64,000 nucleotides of DNA from Phoronis australis (lineage: Eukaryota; Animalia; Phoronida), in contig NMRA01000019.1 of the NCBI GenBank assembly GCA_002633005.1, forward strand, positions 770,343-834,342. Direction: 5' to 3'. The position numbers were made by a program, and so were the translations under genes. Below are positions 13,817-24,800 of this stretch, piece by piece (within the stretch, counting starts at the first letter, position 1; each line of letters starts with the position of its first letter). The notes under the pieces are model-generated. The model was not told the origin of the DNA and did no database searches. It was given only the letters and a program-made list of their open reading frames with translations.

Positions 13817-13871
13817 ATTAGAGTGTCTTGCCTTTGCAATTCGGTGCCCAAATGCGTGGGCACCGAATTGC
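13817..13871 (-). mobile_element. Perfect 15-bp hairpin followed by CTAA; possible Helitron/Helentron 3' terminus
   Basis: GCAATTCGGTGCCCA-AATGCG-TGGGCACCGAATTGC (13836-13871); CTAA 14 nt downstream on the minus strand. Confidence 0.45.
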
Positions 13872-14260
13872 TTAAAATGGTCAGTTTGTTGTGGCATGTA
13901 CGCAATCTCGTGGAAGACGAACCGTTGACTGAAGAATCGGCAAAAACGAGATGATTGCTACCCTCTTTGTGTTACTATTGTGACTCACTCTTATTGTCAA
14001 ACTCTATGGACTTCACAGTACTGTGCTGCCTTGTTCAGAGTGAGTGTCATTTTGTTATGCAAATTTGTATGTAAGTTGTGCTGGGATTTTCCTACATGAG
14101 TTCAGTTTGACTGACACTGGATAGCCGACTGAGAATTTCTTCAATAAACTATTTCTGACCGTTTTACTTGAAGTTTAACTGACTTTGGCTGACAGGACCG
14201 TAACATGACGCTGCATATTTCAAGGCGCCGAAAGCCGTAGCCAAACAACTACTGTAGCTG

Positions 14261-15775
14261 TATGAAGACTATCGTCAAAATACAGCTAGGTGCCACTGTA
14301 TGTTCATCGCCGATAGACCTCGAAATTGCACACAGCCAGGGTAGTTCTGCACGTCACCTTACCGTGAAACTTGTATCAACATGTAGAACTAGAGATCGGA
14401 CGAGGTGCATGCAAAATCTGTGAATCAACCGACACTCACCTTGCCCCTTACAGCTGCTTAAGTGAAAAACAATCTAATAAACGTCATTTTATTGCATAAT
14501 TCTTCGCTTTTTGTAACAATGAAAAGTATTTCGTCGTTTTGATAACACTATGCTCGTGTCATGCGCACGAGCCATTTCCGAAATTTTGCGACATTTCTCT
14601 GGAGATGATGACAGCTTCGCAGCACTAAAATTGATTCTGAAATTCGGTTTGCTGATATTAAAATACTAAAAACTTCTAACTACATGAAAACAGTTCCGAT
14701 AATTTGTTGTGACATCAACGCAACCTTGAAGAAGAAGAACAGTTGATTGAAGAATCGACGAAAAAAGAAACTGGCCAATAGGTGACGTAATATTTCATGG
14801 CGCCGAGAGCCGACGCAAAAGATCATTTCACAGCTTTAGCAGCAGAATAACGGTAGACGCCAATTTTTCCAACACCGTTAAATAATTGCGTTTACTCAAG
14901 GAAGAGTGAAGTTTTTAATGACACTAATTTTGTGTCAGATTTTATCTGGTCAGTTTTTACCCACATCGGCACAAAGCTGATGTTCAGTATACAGCTTCGC
15001 ATCAAGGCTACGAAAGCCGATGCATAAGATTGCTTAGCCTTGGTACAAAGCTGTATATTAAATATACAGCATTGCGCCCATGTGGTTAAAAATGACCAGA
15101 TTCAATATGACACAAAATTAGTGTCATTAAAAACAACACACTTATTTGAGTAAATAAATCATTTTCAGGTTTTGGAAAAATTGGCATTCTACCGTTATTC
15201 TGCTGCTAAAGTTGTGGAGCGATCTTGTGTGTCGGCTTTCGGCGCCATGAAATATTGCGTCACCTATTGGCCAGTTTCTGTTTTCGCCGATTCTTCAATC
15301 ACTCAATTGTTGTTCTTTCACTAGGTTGCGTACACGTCACAACAAAATATCATTTCACTATAAGTTTTTAGAATTTTGATACCAGCAAAGCGAATTTCAG
15401 AAGAAATTTTGCTGCTGCCAAGCTATCATCATCTCCCAAGAGATGTCGCAAAAACTTAGAATATGGCGCGTGCGCGTTTCACGAGCGTATTGTTTTCGAA
15501 ACGACATCACTTTTCTGTGTTAGAAAAGGCGGAGAATTACGAAAGAAAATGACGTTTATTGGATTGTTTTTCACTTAAACGGCTGTAACGGACAAGGTGA
15601 GTGTCGGTTGATTCCCAGATTTGGAATGCACCCCGTCCAGTGTTTAGCTTTACATGTTGATGCAAGTTTCACGGCGAGGTGACGAGCAGAACTACCCTGG
15701 CTGTGCGCAATTTCGGGGTCTATGAAAGAAAAACACACTGTGGTACCTAGCTGTATTTTGACTATAGTCTTCATA
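14261..15775. repeat. ~1.5-kb foldback (two inverted copies of a ~750-bp repeat); more copies at ~15795-15975 and ~16785-17375
   Basis: TATGAAGACTAT-GTCAAAATACAGCTAGGT at the left mirrors ACCTAGCTGTATTTTGAC-ATAGTCTTCATA at the right; matches run inward to ~15000/15040. Confidence 0.85.
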
Positions 15776-16099
15776 AAACTAGCTGGCTGGCTAAAGATTG
15801 CTCCACAACTTTAGCAACACAATAAAAATAGAACACCAATCTCTCCAACACCGGTAAATAATTTAGGTTACTCAAGGAAGGATGTAGTTTTTAACGACAC
15901 TAATTTTGTGTCAGATTTTATTTGGTCAGATTTTTGCCCATATCGGTGCAAAGCTGCATATTTAATATACAGCTTTCCACGTAAATCAATGCAACCTGTA
16001 ATTTTTGCAATAAAACTAAAAGAAAAAAAGATTTAATGACTTAATCAATTCGAAATACAAATCGTTACAGTACAACTAAGTGATAGAAACAACACGTAC

Positions 16100-16227
16100 C
16101 GTTTCTTTTGTTTTTTTCTTCTGGGTGATTTGGAAACTTTCTTTGCAGTTTTTGTCTTCGATGTCTGAGTTGCACAATGATTTGTCAGAACAGCTTCATG
16201 AGACCCACAGCCTTGAGTTACTTCCAT
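16100..16227 (-). CDS. Basic Arg/Lys/Ser-rich protein, exon 1
   Basis: First ATG after an in-frame stop; MEVTQGCG...KSPRRKKQKKR; CG|GTACGT phase-2 donor fits the exon-2 acceptor; spliced product 288 aa. Confidence 0.68.
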
Positions 16228-18798
16228 ATCCAATACCCTTTCGACGTTACAGTGCAGTTCCCGACAAGAGTGTCCAGCGGCTTTTTACGTTAATAAGTTT
16301 TGAAGCGTTTTATTTTTCTCGTTTCCCACGCGACACGGGCCTTGTGCGTGCAGCCATCAGGCGTACTTTTGGTAATGAGTGTTTAGCTTGTAGTTAGTTT
16401 TGTTCTTGTAAACATATAATCGTCAACTAGCCGCTAGTGGGAAACGCCAAGGGAAATACATGTAGATATTCCTAATATTGAACATCAGTGTTCATCGTAA
16501 GAGACAAGAATAGTTCTTGAAAGGCCGTGTTCAAAGCTTCAAGCAGAATTTCAACTGTCAGATTTTAGAAGGCAAGGTGTGCGGCTGCGGGATTCTTTCT
16601 CAAGGCAGTACAAATTTCTTTCTAGAACATTTGACATTGCCGTAACACAATTTAAGGAACACTCAGATAATTCTTTAAAGTGTAAACTAAGAATGCCTTT
16701 GAAATACTGTATAGTACACAAAATGTAAAATAGTTACAAAAGTTGCATCATAAATGTACACACTGAAGTAGAAAGCCAGCTGACTGTATGAAGACTATCG
16801 TCAACATACAGCTAGGTAGTTGTGTGTAGAGCTCACCGTTAGACACCGAAATTTCACACAACCCCGGAGCTCAGCTTGCCACCTCGTTGTGAAACTTAGC
16901 CTACTAACAACCTACAGGGGCGCATGCAGAATCTGGGAATGAACCGACATTCACCTTGCCCGTTACAGCCGTTTATAGAAGTAAAAAGATAATCTAATAA
17001 ACATATTTTTCGTAATTTTCCGCTTTTGGAACAAAGAAAAATCTGTGGTCGTTTTGAAAACAGTGCATACTTGTGACACGCGCACGTACGCGCCATTTCC
17101 GAAACTTTTGCGATATTTCTCGAGTGTTTTATGAAATTGGGTTTTCTGATAATAAAATAGTAAAATCTTGTAATGAAATGAAACCACTTGCGATTGTTAT
17201 GACAAATTCGCAACCTCGCATTTGATTGAATGACATGGAAATTGGCCAACAGGTGATGCAATGGCGCCCAAAGAGAGCATAGCAAATTTAGCATCTGGAA
17301 ACTGAAGAACGCCAATTTTCCAACAGCAGGGTAAATAATTTAGTTTATTCAAGGAAGAGTAAGAATTTTTTAATGAGGCGTCATTAAGTTTGGCGGCGAC
17401 AGGCCCGATGAATTATATACGTGACAGAAGCCGGAGGGAGTGAAATTAAGCCGACGGAGTGACATCACCCAGGCCATTGAACCAACGAACTGACGTCACC
17501 AAGTCCAGTACATAACTGGCCACCTTCCCTCCGCGTCCGCGAAAAAACGGCCCGTGAGCAAAAATAGAACACCTCGAATCCAAATAGGGGGCCGGTGCAA
17601 TACCTGGGACTAAGACTGTGCCGAAACGGGCAAAACGGTTGAGACGGAGTTTTTGTGCAAACGATGCATTTTGTATAATAGATACTGTAAAAACTTAAAT
17701 AACAAACTTTCGTTTTCCCGAATAGTATAGTTAAAATGCATCCGGAAATTTATGTATGAAGGACCCTGGAAACGTTGAATAACATTCGCTCAAATCAACA
17801 TCTCTCCATTTCCCGCGTTGTACTTTGATCATTAAATAGTATTTCGTTACATGTTGAATTGTTAATGGAACTTTTCATGCTGAGTGAGTTATCCAAGTCG
17901 TATGCCTAACCTACATTTTTATGTAGTGTTTCACTGATCTTTTAATCATGTCTGATGATGATGTTATCTTTAGCGCTAACTAATAAACAGGAGGAACTTC
18001 CGACCCTGCGAAAGAAGAAGTTGAAACGAGATTTTTACCGAAGTGCCACCATGCATGGTTACCCTAAATTCCGCAACAAACGTCGTCCGAGCATGCGGCA
18101 GGGACTAAACTTTTGAGATTAAGCATACAGCACATTGATCACGCTTTTCTAAGTGTTACTATTAAGCAGACATTTATCCGCTGTTTATAATATTAAAATG
18201 TGTATGGCCCACATGAAACACTTGTAACTCAGACATTCAAAGAATCAATACGGCGGGTTTATAAATGCTGCCTGCCTGTATATATCTGCAAAACAAAACA
18301 CAGGTTCAAACAAATAAGAAATCTAACCATAATGGAAATGTACACCTGTTAAATATAATTGATGCACAGTTGAAATTCCAACACCAAAAGGGTGTGACAA
18401 GCGGTTCATTCTCGTATGTATGAATCCAGGTAAAACAATGCAATTAATGTATAAAGCAAGATGATAATAGCTTTTCAGGCAAGAGCCTCCATAACAAGGT
18501 CAAGCGAGCCGCTTCTCAAATGGCACTTGAGGATTGTTCTCCCGGGAGACCAGGCGTGCCGTAGATAAAATGCTAGGTGGAGACAGGTTTGGGTGTTGAT
18601 ATTACAACTGATTTTCACAACTTGTCAACAAACGAGAATTAATTTTGACGAGGAAGCTTCGGAAATTTGGTGGCACCCGTTGAAGAAATACTTGGTAGTA
18701 CTTGTTGGTACCATCTAAAGCAATACATGGTAGAACTTCTGAAGCAAATTGTTGTGGGAAAACGGCCTACCCTGGCCGTATGGCTTCCGAAAGTTAAA

Positions 18799-18849
18799 AT
18801 GAAGAAAGGGATTGGACAAATGCTGTTTTTGGTATTTTTACTAGTTTTG
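18799..18849 (+). CDS. Delta-like giant gene exon 1 (signal peptide)
   Basis: MKKGIGQMLFLVFLLVL|GTAAGT, phase 0. Confidence 0.8.
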
Positions 18850-21800
18850 GTAAGTATTTAATTTTGGTCGTTTGTACGAATGTTTCTGATTACTGTAATG
18901 TTAACAGTGTATATCACTGCTACCGTTGATGCGGTTGAAAATTGAACCGCCCAAACCTATCCCCGTGCTCCCAAATTTTCGATTCCTTTCTCTCGCCACA
19001 AATTTCGCTCTCCCTCTCCTGGTAGTCACCATTTTGTTTACATGCTATTGCCAGCATATGCACTTTGAAAATGTTATTCCGTTAGGCATGTACACTTCAC
19101 GGTTATCAAATTACCCCTCAACAGTCTAATCGACACATGCGAGTTTTCTATGAACAACTCCTTTCAGTTTCATCAACAGTGATTTCCTAATTATAATTTT
19201 TAAAAGAATATTATTCTTGAAATTCTCTCAAGGAATGTTGTCATTGCGTAATTCATAAGTAGCGATTTTCAAGTTCTTCAAACTTTCGATGTCGGTCTAT
19301 GCTGTAGCTTTTTCCGTACAAGCTCACATTTTTGGTTGAATGGTCCGCATGTCTTGAAGCTGCTTTTCTTCACATGAACAAGTTATGTGTCAGTTCTTTT
19401 TTTTTGAGGGGGGGCAAAGGGGATGAAATTAGTGGGGGCGTCTTTCGCCCCCACCGTTCCTGCCGCCCTGTAGTGGCGTGTGTCAAAGTTTCCCGCGATT
19501 TGCTTCAAGGTCGACACACTCCACTATGTGTTTCGGATGCTTTAAAAAGGTCGGAACGGTGACCAACAAAAAGTCGCTTTAAATTCTGAAGATGGCAAAG
19601 GACAGAAATTTTCTTATCTCACCTGCGTTTTTTTAATGCGTTGTAGGTAAGGACGTCAACATGTGAGGACGAATCGCAAATGGGCGGTACCTTCGTAGTG
19701 AAAATGGTGGAACAAAAAAATCCCACCGGACGAGATTATCATGGCAACTGTTGTGACGGTGACGAGAAGAACGGTTTTTGCCAAACACCGTGCACAAACC
19801 ATTTGACACTGGACTTCCGATGGAGTGACGACGGGTAACTACACTGCACTGAACAAAGGAGCTGTATCAATATTTAATAATCATATTTTGGGATGAAAAT
19901 ATTTCTTTATTTCACAAGTTATTGCAGAAAGCATATCCCAGCCACAATCACATGCATCGTTATACAGCAGTTTTGAACAAGTTAATATTTAGCAGTAAAA
20001 ATTTTACGGGATTTTAAAGTGTTCGTTTTACAGCTCCTGTGTTGTCTCATTTTATTTGGTATCTCCACATATCAGTTTTAATCGTTTCCTTCTCGTATAC
20101 CGTTCCTTTGTATTATGATGTTTTACGATTATCTTGCACCGCGTACACATGGTGTCCTATAGGAAGGCAGATCAGAAGTCAGAACCGTCATTCGCTGACG
20201 ATAGCTTGTGAAACACCTGTTTTTATTGTTCCACTCCAAATCAGACGGCAGGTCTGCTTTCTTATCAAGAGACGGAGCCTATCATCCAAAGTCGTGATTT
20301 GTGTTAGGCTCTGCTGCCTCGTGCTGAGATTGCACGTGATTGGTCAGAATATTCGCATTTTTCTCGTAAGACAGGACACTTCTGAGAAAGTTCGTTATAA
20401 ACGTATGTTTTGCCTTTAGCTCAGATATCCTATATATTATTATAAAAATTCCATGTCCGAAGCGCGCTATACGATACCGACATACCTACCAATTGCGTTC
20501 GTCTCTTATCCCACGATGAGAATTTTTTTGTAAAAATCCGACCAACCGCTTTTGAAGCCAAGCGTTCACAAAGGCGCCCTATTTAACTTCTTACAAGATC
20601 AACAATGCCCAAAATGTGAGTGATGTTCTGTACGATCATTTTCGGAATGTTATAGCCTTCTTACGGTAAGAAAGCAAATTATCCCGTCTAATTTATGGCG
20701 GTTGATACATGCGTGCACCCAGTCTTCAATATGGGGGGAGGGGGTCGAATACTTGACGTTGTGGACCTTTAGCTAAGAAAAGAGCGGGCGGACTAAAAAA
20801 AAAACGGGAGCTCCACATTTTGTTTCTCAGGGGCGGACCTTTTTGCCCCCCGAGCCCCCCCCCCCTGGGTGCACGCATGTGATCAGACGGTACATCTGAC
20901 GATGAGCGTTCGCATGGATCTATGTGTGATAGGGCTTCTGAGCGGACGGTATGTGAACACAAACTCAATGCCGGATGGGCGTCGCTGCCGGATAGCGCGT
21001 GACTGACCGTTTACTATAATCGAGCCTACCTCTTTTCTCAAGCCGTTCTTCATTTTTATCTGTTATTGTCCTTCATATGTGTCCTTGTTAGTAAATAAGA
21101 CTGCATTTGTATTCGCCGTCATATTTCCGTTTTATGTTTTATTGTATTGTTTTGTTTTACGACATCCACAATTAACAGGCCTTGACCGACGAACAATGGA
21201 TAATAGACTATAATGGGGTTATCTTGGCCCAAGACGGACATAGGTGTGCTGTTAGGCTTTCTGTGGCCCCAGTACTGGCTTAACAGTGACAATATTTGCA
21301 GGCCGTCATCCAGCAGTTTCTTAACAATCGGTGTAAAATACCGTGCCAACAGCATCACCTTCCCGACAGACAACCCCGGCTTTACCAATCCTGTGTATGG
21401 GAAAATAAAGCGTTGGAGGGTAAGTTCATCGAGATCAATGTTCTTTTTAAACAAAAATGTCAACAATTATTAGAACAAAGACCTCACTCAGCAACTCTAG
21501 TGTTTTGCATCATAAAATAGAAACTATTTGTGGGTTGATCACCAAATCTGAGGAACCAATGTCTCGTATTGGATCCTCGCCCATGCAAATTCACCGCCGT
21601 CTAATGTGTTTGTCTTCATTCTCCGTTTATTAGTTACCGAGGTCAATTTCACAATATATAAATGGGCCGAAGAACAAGTAATCTGGGACTTCTCATAGGT
21701 ACGCATATAATGAGCAGTATTCAAGTTAAAAAAAAACAAGAGATCTCGGCCGTCACTGAATTAGATATGTTACCGCTACTAACTGTAGTTACTTAACTTT

Positions 21801-24800
21801 CCTCGTATTCTTTGGATTTAATTCCACGTAATTTTGCCAAATTTCAGTACAACGTCACCATCAGCGCCACACTGCGCAAAGATAACAGCAGCGGACCTCT
21901 GATTGACACCTTCCAAGACTTTTATATGCGTCCTGCGGCATATCAGGCTCGAGTCAATCACACTTTAACCAGGTTTAACCTCGAGGGCAGACGACCAAAT
22001 AACGCTTCAACGTAAGTAAAGCGGCACAACTGCTCGCCATTCGAGCAAATCGTCGAAACATCACTGCGGAAACTCACGCGACCGCCAATTCGTGTTAGTG
22101 ACAGTTTAGACCTAACGTAAACAAAAAGAATAGATGTCCTGCTTTGACCGTGTGTCGTAACTGGTCGGAGTTTAATTGTCAGCCTGATCGCGCCCAGAGA
22201 GGGGGAGGGGTAAGGGTAAAAGTCACTGGCACTACGGATCGTGCCACTCGAGATAGGAGGCTTTATAGTTTTTAGTGAGATAGGACGCTTTCATTTTTCA
22301 ATTATATGTACACTCTACCATATGACAGAGATAATTTTTTATTTGGACCTCAGTTAACAAAAGGATCAATTTTCTCAACGCCGACAAACAGAGAAGGATT
22401 TCCTGTCGTGTGAAGGTCTTGGAAAGTATACTGCGCGTGCGCGTATTTACGCTCGTGCGCTCATATTCCTTGGGTCTAAAACGGGCACAAGTATACCGTT
22501 GGCACTTTTGAAAAGGTTGTGACAAACATCTACAAAAGCCTTGTTATACAGTGACTTTTCATATAAGCTCCCAACAAATACTTCAATCGTGCATAATTGA
22601 AAGAAAACAGAATAAAAAGTTCTGTTTCCGTCGCATCCGACTTACTTTGAAATCCGCACCCGTCTGCATGGGCGGCGCACCATATGATAGGGGGCTGGGG
22701 GCTATAGCCCCACACTTTTTTCAGTGCTACAACGCACTTGGTCTATAGGCGGTGCACCACAGGGGCCCTGAAGGGGCTTTAGCCCCCCCACTTTTTTCAG
22801 TGCTGCACCGCCCGTGTGCATCACTTTTACCGAAATTATTTTTCTAATTTTCAAAAGCTACACAATCAATAGGTTTAGATCAGTGATTTTAAATCCCGAC
22901 CAGCCTTCTTCCACCCCGGTGATCCAACCGGCGGAGAAAAGATAAATTCCGTCACTGTGGGAATAATAAAAAAAATCGTACCACTTTCAGCTCATAGGCT
23001 AGCCTATCTGGTGATTTTTTGCCGGCGGGGGAAATAACACGCGGCGACAAAAAGATACGGCTTTGTCCAATTCTCAAACTAAAATAAGCACAGACTAGAG
23101 GGTTTTAGCTAAGTCATTCTCTTGCTCTCTTCAGATGTCTGACCGTTTTCATAGCCTGAATACCTATACACATGGGCAGCGCACCATAGGGGGTTATGGG
23201 GCTATCAGTAGCCCCCTTACTAGTAGTTTTTTCAGTGCTGCGCCGCCTATGGGTGGTGCACAACAGGGTGCCTGGAGAGTATAGTCCCTCACTTCTTTCA
23301 TACTGTGCCGCCCATGATACATCAGCACAAATAGACCTTGTACTTAGTACAGAAAAGAAGCAATTAAGCTTTTTGGCCTTACTCTGAAACAGGCCTTATC
23401 CCGGCCATTGTGACGAACCATGCAAACTTTCTTGATAATTATCTCCCCTTGTTCACGGATTTGGCTGCTCTTCGATTGTAGAAAGTAAAGTTCGACTAAA
23501 TTGACGCCATTTTTAAAACACTGCACAGTTGGCGGTGGACATGTATATCATTCTTTTAAACAAACTTATGCCGTTTGTCATCAGCAGTTACTCCCCACAG
23601 TTGGCGATGAATCCACACGGACTTGATGTCGTCAGATGTGACAATTTGTGTGATATTTTGAGACACCTGTTTTGAAACGTGCTTCCTGTGAACCATGTCA
23701 TGAGCCTGTTAGCCACTGGCTACAGCCCTGTAATACAGGGCATTGGCCTAATACTTTAGCTGAATAGTTAGCATGCTCGCCGGTTTTGTCGGGGGTTGCT
23801 GGCTCGATTTCCGATTCTGGTAATCTTGATTATTACTAAAATTGGCGTAGTCGGCAAACAAATGATATACTGATGAAGCACTACATGGACCCTCGAACCT
23901 TGGACAGCACGCTTGTTGTGATACGTGCTTCGGGTGAATCATATGTTTTATGTCTAACACTAAAAATTACTGTGCCTGCATTCTTCTCAAGCTTTGCATT
24001 CACGACTGCCGGTGTATGTGTCACCAATGTTGACACCTGCATGTCGCAGCGATCGGAGAAAATCGAGCTTTGTGACTACAGTAAAGGGAAAATGTTGGCA
24101 TAAGCTATAGCTCAAGTTCAGATGTTGTTCATGGTTTATACCAAGGTCACTGCAGGAAATCAAGTTTAACATGGGGAATTGTTGTTGGTAAGCCTACATG
24201 CAATATCTCAAGAAAGCAGCTTTTTTCATTGTTTGAAGGTGTAAGTGGGAGAATTCTTGGCAGGAGTCGATTTGGGGCTTTGACTTTATTTCAAAGGTCA
24301 TAGCGAAAAAATCGGGTTTTATTGACTTTGATCAAATTTTGTTAGGAGGTTTAGATGTTGGCAACTTCAGGCATTAATTGATTTTGTTAACCTTGACTTT
24401 CATTTTCAAGGTTACAGCGAGAAACCAGGTAGGCGTGGTATCTCAACGAGGCAGGCTTGGATGATTTTCATGAATGTTTTACACTAATAGTTGACATAAC
24501 TCTTGGTGCCAGTCAATTTTGGTGACCTCAATTTATTTTCATTGGTAGCAACAAAATCAGTTTACATGTGAATATGTTGTTGATGCGACAAAAATTGTTG
24601 CAAAAATATTCATCTGACTTACCTTTACACAAACTATCGTTACCACGTACCATTTTTGTACCCTTAAAAACGGATGCATCTCCAGGCAGTGGGGTAAAAT
24701 TTGGTCAACCTGTGACAAATGCTTGTTCTGCTTCAGATTTGTACTTGAGCTGAGTGTCTTCTGCAACCCCAACTTTTATGACAGAGACTGTAGTAGGTAC

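Noticed and set aside
13005-13821. Plus-strand Leu/Arg-rich ORFs
   Set aside because: Antisense shadows of the biased-composition minus-strand exon
13832-13897. Nearby ATG exon (MPQQTDHF...) with a GC donor as first exon of the basic protein
   Set aside because: Phase 0 does not fit the phase-2 acceptor; the 16227-16100 exon fits with a canonical GT
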